Of a DNA stretch of 38,745 nt, positions 26,159 to 35,141 are shown one piece after another (within the stretch, counting starts at the first letter, position 1; every line of letters begins with the position of its first letter). Under the pieces are notes generated by a model. The model was not told the origin of the DNA. It was given only the letters and a program-made list of their open reading frames with translations, and did not search any database. This DNA comes from a virus (Duplodnaviria > Caudoviricetes). Both the position numbers and the translations under genes were made by a program. Location of the stretch: positions 1 through 38,745 of IMG/VR virus record IMGVR_UViG_3300011338_000448. One strand, written 5' to 3'.

Positions 26159-27768
26159 CAGTCGCGAGAAACCGTGGTCGTCGTTGTACCGTCGCCTGAA
26201 ATCGTCTGTGACACCGCGCCAGCCACGCGACTCGTCGGCGTGACGGTGAGGTCGCTGCCGGATTTTAGTCCATGGATCAAGTGGACCTCGCCAATCTCGT
26301 CTAGCTCTGGCGTGAGTTCAGCGCGGACAGCATCCGTAAAAAGCGTCACCGCACTAGGCGCAAATGCGTAATCGGCAATAACATCATTTTGGAATTCGTG
26401 GATGTCTGCGGCGGCGTGATGCGATCCGGTTAGTTGCAGAGTATTGTTTGAATTAAGCGACCGGACAATGCGCGCGCCAAAACTGCCATTAGTTGTATGA
26501 TCGGCCAATAGCTCATCCCATACGGCATCAGCAATTCCAGCGGTGGTGGCGGTGGAGCGGCTTGAGATTGTGGCGTCGATGTTGGTTTTAAGGAGCGTTC
26601 CGATCGTGCCGCTCGCGGTGATAGCTGAGAGTAAATGATCCCATACGCTCGCAGGCGTGAGCGCGGCAGTGCCGGTGGTGGCATCTACTGGGACACCAAA
26701 TCCCACGCTGGCGGCAGGGGGGACGGCGCAGGTGCCGATCAACGTGCCCGAGGCGTAGCTGATTCCGGCGCGAACATCGGTAACGGCGGGCATCTGTCCT
26801 TGAGTGGCGTCCACTAAGGTTTTTGCTGCGCCTGCATCGACATAATTAAAGACGGCTTGGTTGGTGCTGACCTTCTTGAGGCGGATCCCGGTTCCGCTGG
26901 TGGGAGTCATGCCGTACTGGCCGTATTCCAGCTCCTGTATTTCAATGACGCCTAGCCCAGTATTAAACGCGCCGACTACTGCGACGAGTCCGCTGGTGTT
27001 GCCTGGGCCGTAGGCTGTGCCTTTTGCGCGGCCTAAATTTATAGTGCCCGTGGACGCATTGTTGACTCCATAAGCGGTCGCATTGGTCCCTCCGGTGGAA
27101 ATGCCGGTAATAGTGATAGTGCCGGTTGAGTTGTTAAGTGCACCATTAGAGGCGCCTCCACTCCCCCCTGTGGCATTCCCCGTAATAGTAATAGTTCCGG
27201 TGGAACTGTTGAGCACGGCAACGCTATTAGACCCGCTCCCGCCAGTGACATTGCCGGTGATCGTCATTGTTCCTGTGGATACGTTCTGCACCCCGTACGC
27301 GCTCGCGCCAGATCCGCCGGATACATTGCCTGTGATGGTTATTGCTCCTGTGGATGAATTCACTGCGCCTTGAGCGAAATTGGCGGCTGCGCTGCCCCCG
27401 GTAACATTGCCTGCAATGCTAATCGTGCCAGTAGAAGTATTGTTTACGGCAATAGCCCCTCCAACAGTCCCGCCCGTGCAATTCCCAACAATAGTTCCGA
27501 CCGCTGGCGCTGCGGCAGTGAATTGCAGGCAGTTGCGCGTGGTAGTGGTGGATTTGCTCGTAACATTCGCTGTAAGCGTGACGCCACTGGCTAGTGTGAA
27601 AATTCCGGTGCCTGCGTTCGAGATTTCATCGCAAGTCGTGCTGACATCAATCGTGACCGTGTGGCCGTTGCTGGCGCGGGCTTCGTCGCCGACTGTCGGC
27701 ACGACGCCGCCTGTCCATGTGGCTCCGGCGCTGAAATTTCCTGTGGCGGCTGAGGTGATAAGGGCCAT
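26158..27768 (-). CDS. G/T/S/N-rich repeat (beta-solenoid) fibre/adhesin-like virion protein
   Basis: About six ~25-aa repeats N.STGTITITGNVTGG; WD..L..H repeats near the C-terminus. Confidence 0.65.
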   Translation of the reverse strand: MALITSAATGNFSAGATWTGGVVPTVGDEARASNGHTVTIDVSTTCDEISNAGTGIFTLASGVTLTANVTSKSTTTTRNCLQFTAAAPAVGTIVGNCTGGTVGGAIAVNNTSTGTISIAGNVTGGSAAANFAQGAVNSSTGAITITGNVSGGSGASAYGVQNVSTGTMTITGNVTGGSGSNSVAVLNSSTGTITITGNATGGSGGASNGALNNSTGTITITGISTGGTNATAYGVNNASTGTINLGRAKGTAYGPGNTSGLVAVVGAFNTGLGVIEIQELEYGQYGMTPTSGTGIRLKKVSTNQAVFNYVDAGAAKTLVDATQGQMPAVTDVRAGISYASGTLIGTCAVPPAASVGFGVPVDATTGTAALTPASVWDHLLSAITASGTIGTLLKTNIDATISSRSTATTAGIADAVWDELLADHTTNGSFGARIVRSLNSNNTLQLTGSHHAAADIHEFQNDVIADYAFAPSAVTLFTDAVRAELTPELDEIGEVHLIHGLKSGSDLTVTPTSRVAGAVSQTISGDGTTTTTVSRD

Positions 27769-27771
27769 AGC

Positions 27772-28089
27772 TTAGAGTCCTTTCGCGACGAGGTAGGTTT
27801 GGAGGGCGGATTGGATGGCGGCGATGGCGGCGACCTCAGCGGGATCGCGGACTTCAGCGAAGCGACCTCGCAGGATGCTGCGAGCGGCCTGCGGGGCGAG
27901 CTCGGCTCGGGCGGGAACGCGGGTTCCGGCGTCGTCTTCGATGGCAGGGGCGATGCGAGTTGGGGTTAGTAGGAGGTTAATGCAGGCGTCTGGCGTGCCG
28001 TCTCCGTTGTATATGCCGGTAATGGCGAGGTTGAGGGAGTAGCGGTCAAATGTTTTGCCGTCGATAATGGATGGTGCGGATGCGACCAT
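27772..28089 (-). CDS. hypothetical protein
   Basis: 105 aa in a co-oriented cluster. Confidence 0.6.
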   Translation of the reverse strand: MVASAPSIIDGKTFDRYSLNLAITGIYNGDGTPDACINLLLTPTRIAPAIEDDAGTRVPARAELAPQAARSILRGRFAEVRDPAEVAAIAAIQSALQTYLVAKGL

Positions 28090-28092
28090 AAT

Positions 28093-28506
28093 TTATGCGA
28101 GTAGTATCAGGGCTGATTTTTCAGTGGGATTCGGAAACGAGAGCTCGAATGTCCCGTCGAACACGGGCCGTTCGTTACCAAAATTCAGCGTGCAGAGCGC
28201 GGCGTTGTTCTTGCTTGCATTGTAGATCATCGCCCCCTGCGCTGTAAATGTAGCCCGGTCAATTCGCAGATCGTTGAATGTGACAAAAGCATTTGCCCCA
28301 GCCATGCCTGAGCGAAATCCTGCGAGAACAAACCCGCCTTGCGAGTAGCCTTGGCTGACTACCTCGCCTTCGGGGGTGTAGGCTGTTGTTGACGGTCCAA
28401 CATTTGCTCGTTTCGTGTAGAGCGCGAGTTTGTAGGTATCGGTCGGCTGGTGCATTCCGATCAAAAACTGTTTTTTCGCCTCTAGCGAAATTCCTTGTGT
28501 AATCAT
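28093..28506 (-). CDS. conserved virion structural protein
   Basis: YKLALYT...AYT..GEV...GYSQGG...FTAQGAMIYN pattern of fibre-associated phage proteins. Confidence 0.65.
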   Translation of the reverse strand: MITQGISLEAKKQFLIGMHQPTDTYKLALYTKRANVGPSTTAYTPEGEVVSQGYSQGGFVLAGFRSGMAGANAFVTFNDLRIDRATFTAQGAMIYNASKNNAALCTLNFGNERPVFDGTFELSFPNPTEKSALILLA

Positions 28507-30584
28507 TTTTTGTATTGAGTTTTGCAGACTGCGAAGCGTTGACCGGCATCGGGATACTCTGCATTCATCGTGTCATCTGCCATGCAACGATCATAAAAGT
28601 CTTCCTCATCCTCGCCGCCAGCAGGAATCGGCATGATTAGCTCGGTTTTCATCTCGAATCCGAGTATCCGTCCGTGAGCGTCGCGTTGCATTACAGAGAC
28701 GGCCTTGGTCTTGCGCTTGAGCTCGCGATTGCGGTTGATCTGCGCGACTTTATTTGCCGCCCAGGCCTGCCCCGCATCACCTCCCCATAATGCCCACGCA
28801 ATGCGACCCGCGCTCGGGAATCCATCCTCACCTGGAGAAAATCCCTCGCCCTGCTTGTCGATTTCATGTCGAGAAAAAAACGAGTGCATTCGCTTCACCG
28901 TATCCTCGCTCAAATTTTTCCCGTTGGATATATCGCGAGCTCGGGCCACTCCGATATTTGTTCCTCCGCGCCCGTATTCCTGGCGCCATTCCAAACCTCT
29001 CTTGGCCTCGGCAACCATGCCAGCAGTCGGTTTGAGATCGATGTCTGCGTCGAGTTCTGCGGTTTCGGCAGGAGCGACAATTTCAGGCGCGACAGTTTCG
29101 GGGAATTGCTGTGTCGTTTCTGGCGCTGAGACAGGCGTGGCTTCATCCCGCTTCGGCATTACGATAGAATCCGAAATATATTGCGGCGGGATGCCCATTT
29201 CATCGGCTAGATCAACGATCATGGCCGTCTCCTTGGCTCGGGCGCGCAGCGCCTCTTCATAATCCTCGCCTGCGTCGCTGTAAATCTGGCCGGCAGTTTT
29301 CAGTCCGGCTCTCCAGAGAGCAATATCCGCATTGGCCTCGCGGCCATAGTCAATAGAAACCTTCGCGGGCCAACACCAGCGGCCATCAAGGAGGAATTCA
29401 GAATCATCAATCTCTCCGCGGGCGGCAGCATCAAGAAGTACAATGTTTTTGATCCGGGTCAGAAACTGCGATTCTAATAGTCCGCGCCAGCGGGCAAACG
29501 TGCGCTCGGCCATCGCGGCCTCCATTCGAGCCATTGGTCCGCTTTTATCGGCATCGAATGCGAACCCGTACGGGAGCCCGACGGCCATTGCAATGTGCGA
29601 TTGGACGAGACGAACGAACTCGCCGAACGCCCCGCCCGGGCGATCACTCTTGAACATCTCCATTTTCTCGCCTGGCGAGAGGTATTGGATAGCTCCAGGA
29701 TCTACGTTTGATAGTTTCTCGGTTTGGCCGAGATCATTGCGAGTACTGGTGGCGAAATAGTCGGCGGCATCAGCCGATCCAGTCTCCGTGGTAATAATCC
29801 CTGTCTGGTACGATGCAAATTTAATCGCCTGTACCTCAGCCTTTAGAGTCTCCTGGAGATCGCGTGCGGCATTTAGCGCGGTAGCAAATGCCGATCGGCC
29901 GCGATATTCGTCGAGGCGGGTTGCGTCGAATAAATGTATAAATTGACTGGCTAGAATGTCAGTTGGCTCGATGTACTGATTGTTGATTGTCCTGACAAAA
30001 ATTTGATACTTCTCGGGGCGCCCATACTCGTCGAGCATGATGCCGCCAATATATGTGTTCGAATCAATTAGCCGGTTGTACGGCGATCCGATGCGATCGG
30101 CCTCAACGCTCTGGAGCTTCAAGTTATCGCCGTCACGAACGATAATAAAACCGCAATCGCCATCACGCAAAACCGCCATGACTGCGAGCTGGAGGAGGGT
30201 TGTAAAATCGTGACGACGTAAAAAATCGCATTCCCGACACCATTTCGCCCAATATCGCTCTACCTGCTCATCGAGATCTCTATCTCCCGTGCGGGCTTGG
30301 TAGGAGAGGCGGCCAGCAACATAAGTTGCGAATTTGAGCAGCAGAGAGCGCACCGGCGGGAAATTATCGGCGAGATCTCGGGCAGCGCGAATGAGTTTGT
30401 AGCGTTCTGCTGTGCCTGCCGTGTCTTCCCCGCCAGCTATATTGCGTGATATACCGCGTTTGGTCGAGTCGAGCGCGGAGTCGAAACGGCCAAAGTTGCG
30501 AAGGCGCTCCTGCGAGATCATGCGTGACATCGCCGCCCTCGGGGACACAACTTCCAGCGCTCTCGTGATGAAATCTCTCCTCAT
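28503..30584 (-). CDS. portal protein (lambda family) with ~200-aa C-terminal extension
   Basis: ARDLADN, RDGD, EADRI, GIMLDEYGRP, RGRS motifs; follows the gpW-like gene. Confidence 0.9.
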   Translation of the reverse strand: MRRDFITRALEVVSPRAAMSRMISQERLRNFGRFDSALDSTKRGISRNIAGGEDTAGTAERYKLIRAARDLADNFPPVRSLLLKFATYVAGRLSYQARTGDRDLDEQVERYWAKWCRECDFLRRHDFTTLLQLAVMAVLRDGDCGFIIVRDGDNLKLQSVEADRIGSPYNRLIDSNTYIGGIMLDEYGRPEKYQIFVRTINNQYIEPTDILASQFIHLFDATRLDEYRGRSAFATALNAARDLQETLKAEVQAIKFASYQTGIITTETGSADAADYFATSTRNDLGQTEKLSNVDPGAIQYLSPGEKMEMFKSDRPGGAFGEFVRLVQSHIAMAVGLPYGFAFDADKSGPMARMEAAMAERTFARWRGLLESQFLTRIKNIVLLDAAARGEIDDSEFLLDGRWCWPAKVSIDYGREANADIALWRAGLKTAGQIYSDAGEDYEEALRARAKETAMIVDLADEMGIPPQYISDSIVMPKRDEATPVSAPETTQQFPETVAPEIVAPAETAELDADIDLKPTAGMVAEAKRGLEWRQEYGRGGTNIGVARARDISNGKNLSEDTVKRMHSFFSRHEIDKQGEGFSPGEDGFPSAGRIAWALWGGDAGQAWAANKVAQINRNRELKRKTKAVSVMQRDAHGRILGFEMKTELIMPIPAGGEDEEDFYDRCMADDTMNAEYPDAGQRFAVCKTQYKK

Positions 30585-30829
30585 GGTCTTTGCGTAGCAA
30601 ATGCCGCCTGCGTCCTCTTTACTCTGCTGCCCTGCGCGTTGTCAATGGCGGATTGTAATTCTTTTATCATCTGCGCAACCTCGCCTAGGTTCGCCCGTGT
30701 AAAACTGCGGCCCGCGATAGAGTAGGACGAGCCCGCGACCGCAATCGCTTCCATACAGGCAATATATTTTGCCTGCAGCGACTGGAGCGTCGCGAGCGGG
30801 AGGCCAAAGAAGGATTTTGAGAGTGCCAT
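30581..30829 (-). CDS. head completion protein (gpW-like; start MALSK)
   Basis: GSSYSIAGRSFTRANL; immediately before the portal. Confidence 0.75.
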   Translation of the reverse strand: MALSKSFFGLPLATLQSLQAKYIACMEAIAVAGSSYSIAGRSFTRANLGEVAQMIKELQSAIDNAQGSRVKRTQAAFATQRP

Positions 30830-30840
30830 TGGTTTGTTGG

Positions 30841-31032
30841 TTATGTCAAAAGCGCCGCGATGAATTTTCCACGAGACTGAGTGCCGCGCTGGCGGTCGAG
30901 CTTGTCCCACGATTCGGGCTGCATGGATACCGAGCGCGTAACGGCTGTGCGGCCTCTGGCTTTAACGGATTTTTTTCCTGCTGGGCGACCCGCTCCTTTG
31001 CGTGGGCCGCCGTGGGCGGATTGCTTTCTCAT
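30841..31032 (-). CDS. small DNA-binding protein (GG.R.GAGRP hook + ribbon-helix-helix-like)
   Basis: HGGPRKGAGRP...TRSVSMQPESWDKLD...SRGKFI. Confidence 0.65.
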   Translation of the reverse strand: MRKQSAHGGPRKGAGRPAGKKSVKARGRTAVTRSVSMQPESWDKLDRQRGTQSRGKFIAALLT

Positions 31033-31122
31033 TGTCCACGGTATTTTCAACGGTCATGCCGGAAGTTTCTTCCCATTCCTGCCGCGTTGTTAGAATTAAA
31101 GTTGTGCGTTGGGTTGTTTGGT

Positions 31123-31356
31123 TTAAACTGTCTCTCCTTCTCCGGCCGCTAGTTTTGCTCTAACAATAGCCAAGTGCGCCTCATAGGGTAATTGGTCGCT
31201 CTCGCTCGTGTGTATTTTTACGAGTACCCCATTTACCGTGGCGTATGCAAGGCCGGCACGGAATCCGTGCGCGCAATGCGGCAGGCTAATTCCAACCACA
31301 TCGGACTCCGACACAGTTGCGCACGGTTTGTTTTCTAGTTTCATTTTGGTGTTCAT
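31123..31356 (-). CDS. hypothetical protein (island gene)
   Basis: Start MNTK after an A/C-rich leader. Confidence 0.5.
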   Translation of the reverse strand: MNTKMKLENKPCATVSESDVVGISLPHCAHGFRAGLAYATVNGVLVKIHTSESDQLPYEAHLAIVRAKLAAGEGETV

Positions 31357-31399
31357 TTTGGTTTTTTGTTTTTGTCTCCGGCGTGGGTGTGGGGTTTGC

Positions 31400-31672
31400 T
31401 CATATCCAGAATAGCCCTGTCTCGAAAACGGTTTCGGTGATGCGCTGGATGTTATCCTCGATCTCGCTGGGGTCATCGAGGCCGCTGGTTTTTACAACGA
31501 TTGATTTGGTGTCTGTCGATTCCTCAAATTCAATTTCAGCGTCAGGATATTCGGCGAGGATGGCTTTTGTGTATTCGCGTTCCAGGGATTCTCTCACCTG
31601 GGCAAATTGCTCATCTGTGTAGGTTGCGGATGGGTCGATGCTGTTCTGGTCGTGGCGGATTGTGATTTTCAT
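31400..31672 (-). CDS. highly acidic small protein (island gene)
   Basis: 90 aa, D/E-rich; A/C-rich leader. Confidence 0.65.
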   Translation of the reverse strand: MKITIRHDQNSIDPSATYTDEQFAQVRESLEREYTKAILAEYPDAEIEFEESTDTKSIVVKTSGLDDPSEIEDNIQRITETVFETGLFWI

Positions 31673-31745
31673 ATTTTTGATTTGTCGTTGTTGTGGTTTG
31701 GTTGGTCAAGGCTGGCGCGGGGATCGAGCCCGCGCCGGGGTGGTT

Positions 31746-31994
31746 TTAGGAGAGGGCCAACTTAATAGCGCGGGCGAGGCTGTCGCAAAAAAAAGTTGCG
31801 CAATAATCGGTCATGCTGTCGCTGTGGTGGTTTTCGCGGCGGTATCCGATGCAGGTGGCTTCGTCGCTTCGTCCGTTCCGGTGAAACTCAACCAGCTTTT
31901 TGCAACCGCTTTTTTTTGCGGAGTAAAAGCCGTGGGCTTCAGTAACTGTGAATCCTTCTTTGTTTAGTTTTTTGATTGCGTTTTCGATTTTCAT
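31746..31994 (-). CDS. hypothetical protein (island gene)
   Basis: 82 aa; first gene after the strong promoter. Confidence 0.65.
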   Translation of the reverse strand: MKIENAIKKLNKEGFTVTEAHGFYSAKKSGCKKLVEFHRNGRSDEATCIGYRRENHHSDSMTDYCATFFCDSLARAIKLALS

Positions 31995-32050
31995 TTTTTG
32001 TCGTTGGTTTTTTTGTTTCGTCGTCGGCGTGGTGCCTTCGATCTGGGATG

Positions 32051-32079
32051 ACTATCTCACGAACTTGATTTCTCGTCAA
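32051..32079 (-). promoter_or_regulatory. sigma70-type promoter
   Basis: TTGACG-N17-GATAGT with extended TG and upstream A/T tracts. Confidence 0.7.
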
Positions 32080-32212
32080 CAACTTTTTTTCAAAAAAAGA
32101 AAAATATTTTTTGAAGCCCGCAGAGCCTCATAAAACCTAGCTCTGCGGACGCAATCATTTTCGTGACGCCACGAAAATGATGAAAACCATTTTCCTATCG
32201 TCAGGAAAATGG

Positions 32213-33940
32213 TCACTCCCCAATCGGCAAGACTCCCGCGAGCATAGCAGCCGCAAGCGCAATGCACTCGCAATCGAAAAGGTGATTTGCCCGCCCGCCG
32301 ATCCGCACCCAGCGCGACTCAACCTGCTTTGTCTTCGAGTTCACGATGTCCTTTTTCATTTCGGCAACCATCTGCGCGCGGTAGTCGGTGGACGCGTCTC
32401 TCGGAGTTTCCCACTTCGGCACGGCGTCCGGCTGGCGGATTGCGGCGAGCTTGTCTTTTATTTTTTCGTTGGAATGGAAGAAATAAAACGCGCGGAGGTT
32501 GTCTGACCCAGCAACCGCCGTCTCGATTCTGGATATGAATTTTTTCACTCGGCGCCCGTTCCCATCTATGTGCGAAAACCCATCCTGTCCTGATCCGTGC
32601 GAGGCGGTCCACCCGTTACGCGCGCAACGCTCGTAAACAAGTGGCGTGTCGTAGCCGGCGTCGATAACGACGGAGCGCGGCGGCACGTTGTATTGCAGCG
32701 CGAGTGACTCGATCGTCTCCCATGTTAGGATTTTCCCTTCGGATAAAAGCATGGAAGAACCATCCGCGCGGAAGGCGCGGACGACATACCAGAAGTGATC
32801 GCGCTGTTTGTCGACGCATAGGAAGCGCCGGTGTTCGCCGTCGATCTTCTGCCCGTCGAGGAAATCAAGTTTTGAATAATCTCCAGCGGTGATTTCCGGT
32901 AGGTCAGAAACAATCTCCTCCTGCCACGTCTGCGCCTTGCGCTTTTGAATAAATTGCTTCAGCGGTTCCAGGTTGCCGTTGACCTTGGCTTCGCTGGCTT
33001 CCAGAAACTCTTTAACGATGGAGAACCACGGAATCCACCACACGCCGTAGGCTGGCACTTCAAACGAGCGATGGCCGCGCACGGGGTTCGTGTTGAGTGC
33101 GCGGAAGCTCGCGCCGGCCGAGAGTTTGCGGCGCACTGCGGCGGTGTCGGCGAATTGCGATTTGCAATGCTCGCACTCCATGCGCACCGAGTCCTGAACG
33201 GAATCCCAGAGCATTTCGCCCGCTGCGTTCTTAGGTTGCTCAAACTTGATCGCGTCGAATGTGTATCGTTGCCAGTTATTGCAATGCGGACACGTCCAAC
33301 CCCATACTTCACGCGTTCCGCTGTCCCACTCGTGTTCCATTTCGTCCGCGCTACTGCCTCCCTGCGAGCACAGGAACGTCTTGCGATTCCAGCGGTCGTG
33401 GTGGCGGGCTTTCAATTCCTTGATCATGCCATCCTTCCAGCGCCAGACCTCGTCGCCGATGCAGTAGCGCATGGATTTCTCCTGGAGGTTGGTCATGTTC
33501 GCACCGCCCGCGAAAAGAACCATGTGCGGAAAGAAGATCGTGGTTTTGCGGAGCGCGTGTCGATCTTCAGGGAACAAGGCGCGAACGGGCTCGCAATCCC
33601 TGAAAATCGGAAGCAATCGCGATTCCGTCCAGTCTTTCACCATGTCATCCGTCTGCCCGACGAATAGCGTCGGCCCCGGCTTCTGCGCGACGATAAAACA
33701 CGCAAGGGTTTCCATCATCGTCGTCTTCCCCGCGCCGGTGCTGGCGCGGAGAAAGACCTGCGTTGATTCATCGTCTGTGACGGCGAGGAGAACATCGTTC
33801 ATCCACGGCGCCACGGTGCGGTCGAAGCGGCTCGCGCGGTCCGAGTTCGGGAAGCGTACATGCGTCTCTGCCCAATCGAGAACCGTCCCGTGGTAGGCGA
33901 GCTTTATTCCTTCGTGAATGCCATTAGCTAACGGGGTCAT
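32213..33940 (-). CDS. terL: terminase large subunit (lambda gpA family)
   Basis: Walker A ASTGAGKT, Walker B IGDE, CPHC/CEHC, nuclease VDKQ, IDAGY, NHLFDCE. Confidence 0.95.
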   Translation of the reverse strand: MTPLANGIHEGIKLAYHGTVLDWAETHVRFPNSDRASRFDRTVAPWMNDVLLAVTDDESTQVFLRASTGAGKTTMMETLACFIVAQKPGPTLFVGQTDDMVKDWTESRLLPIFRDCEPVRALFPEDRHALRKTTIFFPHMVLFAGGANMTNLQEKSMRYCIGDEVWRWKDGMIKELKARHHDRWNRKTFLCSQGGSSADEMEHEWDSGTREVWGWTCPHCNNWQRYTFDAIKFEQPKNAAGEMLWDSVQDSVRMECEHCKSQFADTAAVRRKLSAGASFRALNTNPVRGHRSFEVPAYGVWWIPWFSIVKEFLEASEAKVNGNLEPLKQFIQKRKAQTWQEEIVSDLPEITAGDYSKLDFLDGQKIDGEHRRFLCVDKQRDHFWYVVRAFRADGSSMLLSEGKILTWETIESLALQYNVPPRSVVIDAGYDTPLVYERCARNGWTASHGSGQDGFSHIDGNGRRVKKFISRIETAVAGSDNLRAFYFFHSNEKIKDKLAAIRQPDAVPKWETPRDASTDYRAQMVAEMKKDIVNSKTKQVESRWVRIGGRANHLFDCECIALAAAMLAGVLPIGE

Positions 33941-35138
33941 ATTTTTTAGTTTTTTTTATTTTCAAAAATTCCCCGTAAGCCTCGCTCTTTGGTTGTGTCA
34001 TTCCAAGTCCCTTGCACCACCAATCATTCCTTAAAAGAACTTTGCATAATCTTCTCCAGGACGGGACCCAATGCTTATTTTCAAGTTCTCTCGGGGCCTT
34101 ATCTGGAATCTCTCCGCGATATCCACGCTTTCTCCATCCGCGAATGTGATCTTTGAATCTCTCAATAAAATGTTTTTTGCTTATTTCTGGCAAAGTAGAG
34201 AGAAGCAGATTGCAAAAACTCTTGTATGTATGGCCGGGAGGAAGTGAAATTTTATTTACTCCGTTTATGTTTCCTGTTTCATTTATGTAGAGAGCGCCGC
34301 TGTTTGCTCCGTTGACGCGAGCAACGACCTTGAACCAGCTTCGTGGCTCGAGTATGTGATATAGCCACAACCCTTTTCGCTGGTCATCTCCATACGGCTG
34401 GCAGAGCCTCTGTTGAGAGAGAGGAACGCCAGCTTGATGCATTAAATCATAAATGCGATTATAGCATTTTTTTGATTTTCGATTATAGATCCAAATGTCT
34501 TTTGTTTTCCAATCATATATTGGATAAATGTTATAGACATCACCAACGACTCTTGTTGTCCATCTCTTCCCTTGATATGTTTCCTTGTCTGCAATCGCGA
34601 TTGTTCTAAACCTATTAAGGCTCTCATCAGCTCTAATCCCAACAAATGTTGCGAGAGGACTGCCCTCCGAATACCAATCTGCAAACATGATAATAAATTC
34701 CTCGAATTCTAAATTTGGGACGAAAAATGGATAATGTGATAAATCGCTGACAACTCCATCTCTTGACGGCATTTGCCTCACCCAATCATTTTTATGATTA
34801 GAGTCCCAACAAGTCCATGTTGGTTGATAATTTGATACGGCATTGCGTAGCTTTATTGGAAGACATATCCAATGCAAATCAATGTGATCTTTATAGAGAT
34901 CAAACATTTCATTTGCGTGGTCTGAAGTGGCTCGATATTGCGCTTCAAAGTCAATCAGCATCACGCCAATTTTTCTGCCTCTCTGAATAGCTTCCTCCAT
35001 TACCAAGTGAAACATCACCGAAGAATCCTTACCTCCAGAAAATGAGAGAAGGATTTTTTCAAAATTATCGAATGCAAACGATATTCTCTCCTTTGCTGCA
35101 GTCAGAACGTTCTTTGAAATTGGTCTCTTGAGTTGCAT
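33924..35138 (-). CDS. ibrA: IbrA-like PAPS-reductase-domain protein (DUF3440)
   Basis: PP-loop SFSGGKDS, GIRADESLNR, YPIYDW, QRLCQPYG, PSWRRLCK.LLRND.WC. Confidence 0.88.
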   Translation of the reverse strand: MQLKRPISKNVLTAAKERISFAFDNFEKILLSFSGGKDSSVMFHLVMEEAIQRGRKIGVMLIDFEAQYRATSDHANEMFDLYKDHIDLHWICLPIKLRNAVSNYQPTWTCWDSNHKNDWVRQMPSRDGVVSDLSHYPFFVPNLEFEEFIIMFADWYSEGSPLATFVGIRADESLNRFRTIAIADKETYQGKRWTTRVVGDVYNIYPIYDWKTKDIWIYNRKSKKCYNRIYDLMHQAGVPLSQQRLCQPYGDDQRKGLWLYHILEPRSWFKVVARVNGANSGALYINETGNINGVNKISLPPGHTYKSFCNLLLSTLPEISKKHFIERFKDHIRGWRKRGYRGEIPDKAPRELENKHWVPSWRRLCKVLLRNDWWCKGLGMTQPKSEAYGEFLKIKKTKKYDPVS

Positions 35139-35141
35139 GGA

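Noticed and set aside
27050-27500. Diversity-generating retroelement or DNA-level repeat array
   Set aside because: Repeats are degenerate protein-level repeats; no reverse transcriptase in the genome
31710-31740. tRNA gene
   Set aside because: Only a T-arm-like hairpin; no D-arm, anticodon arm or acceptor stem
33924-35138. Auxiliary sulfur-metabolism gene cysH
   Set aside because: Length, DUF3440-like C-terminus and the IbrB partner indicate IbrA rather than assimilatory PAPS reductase
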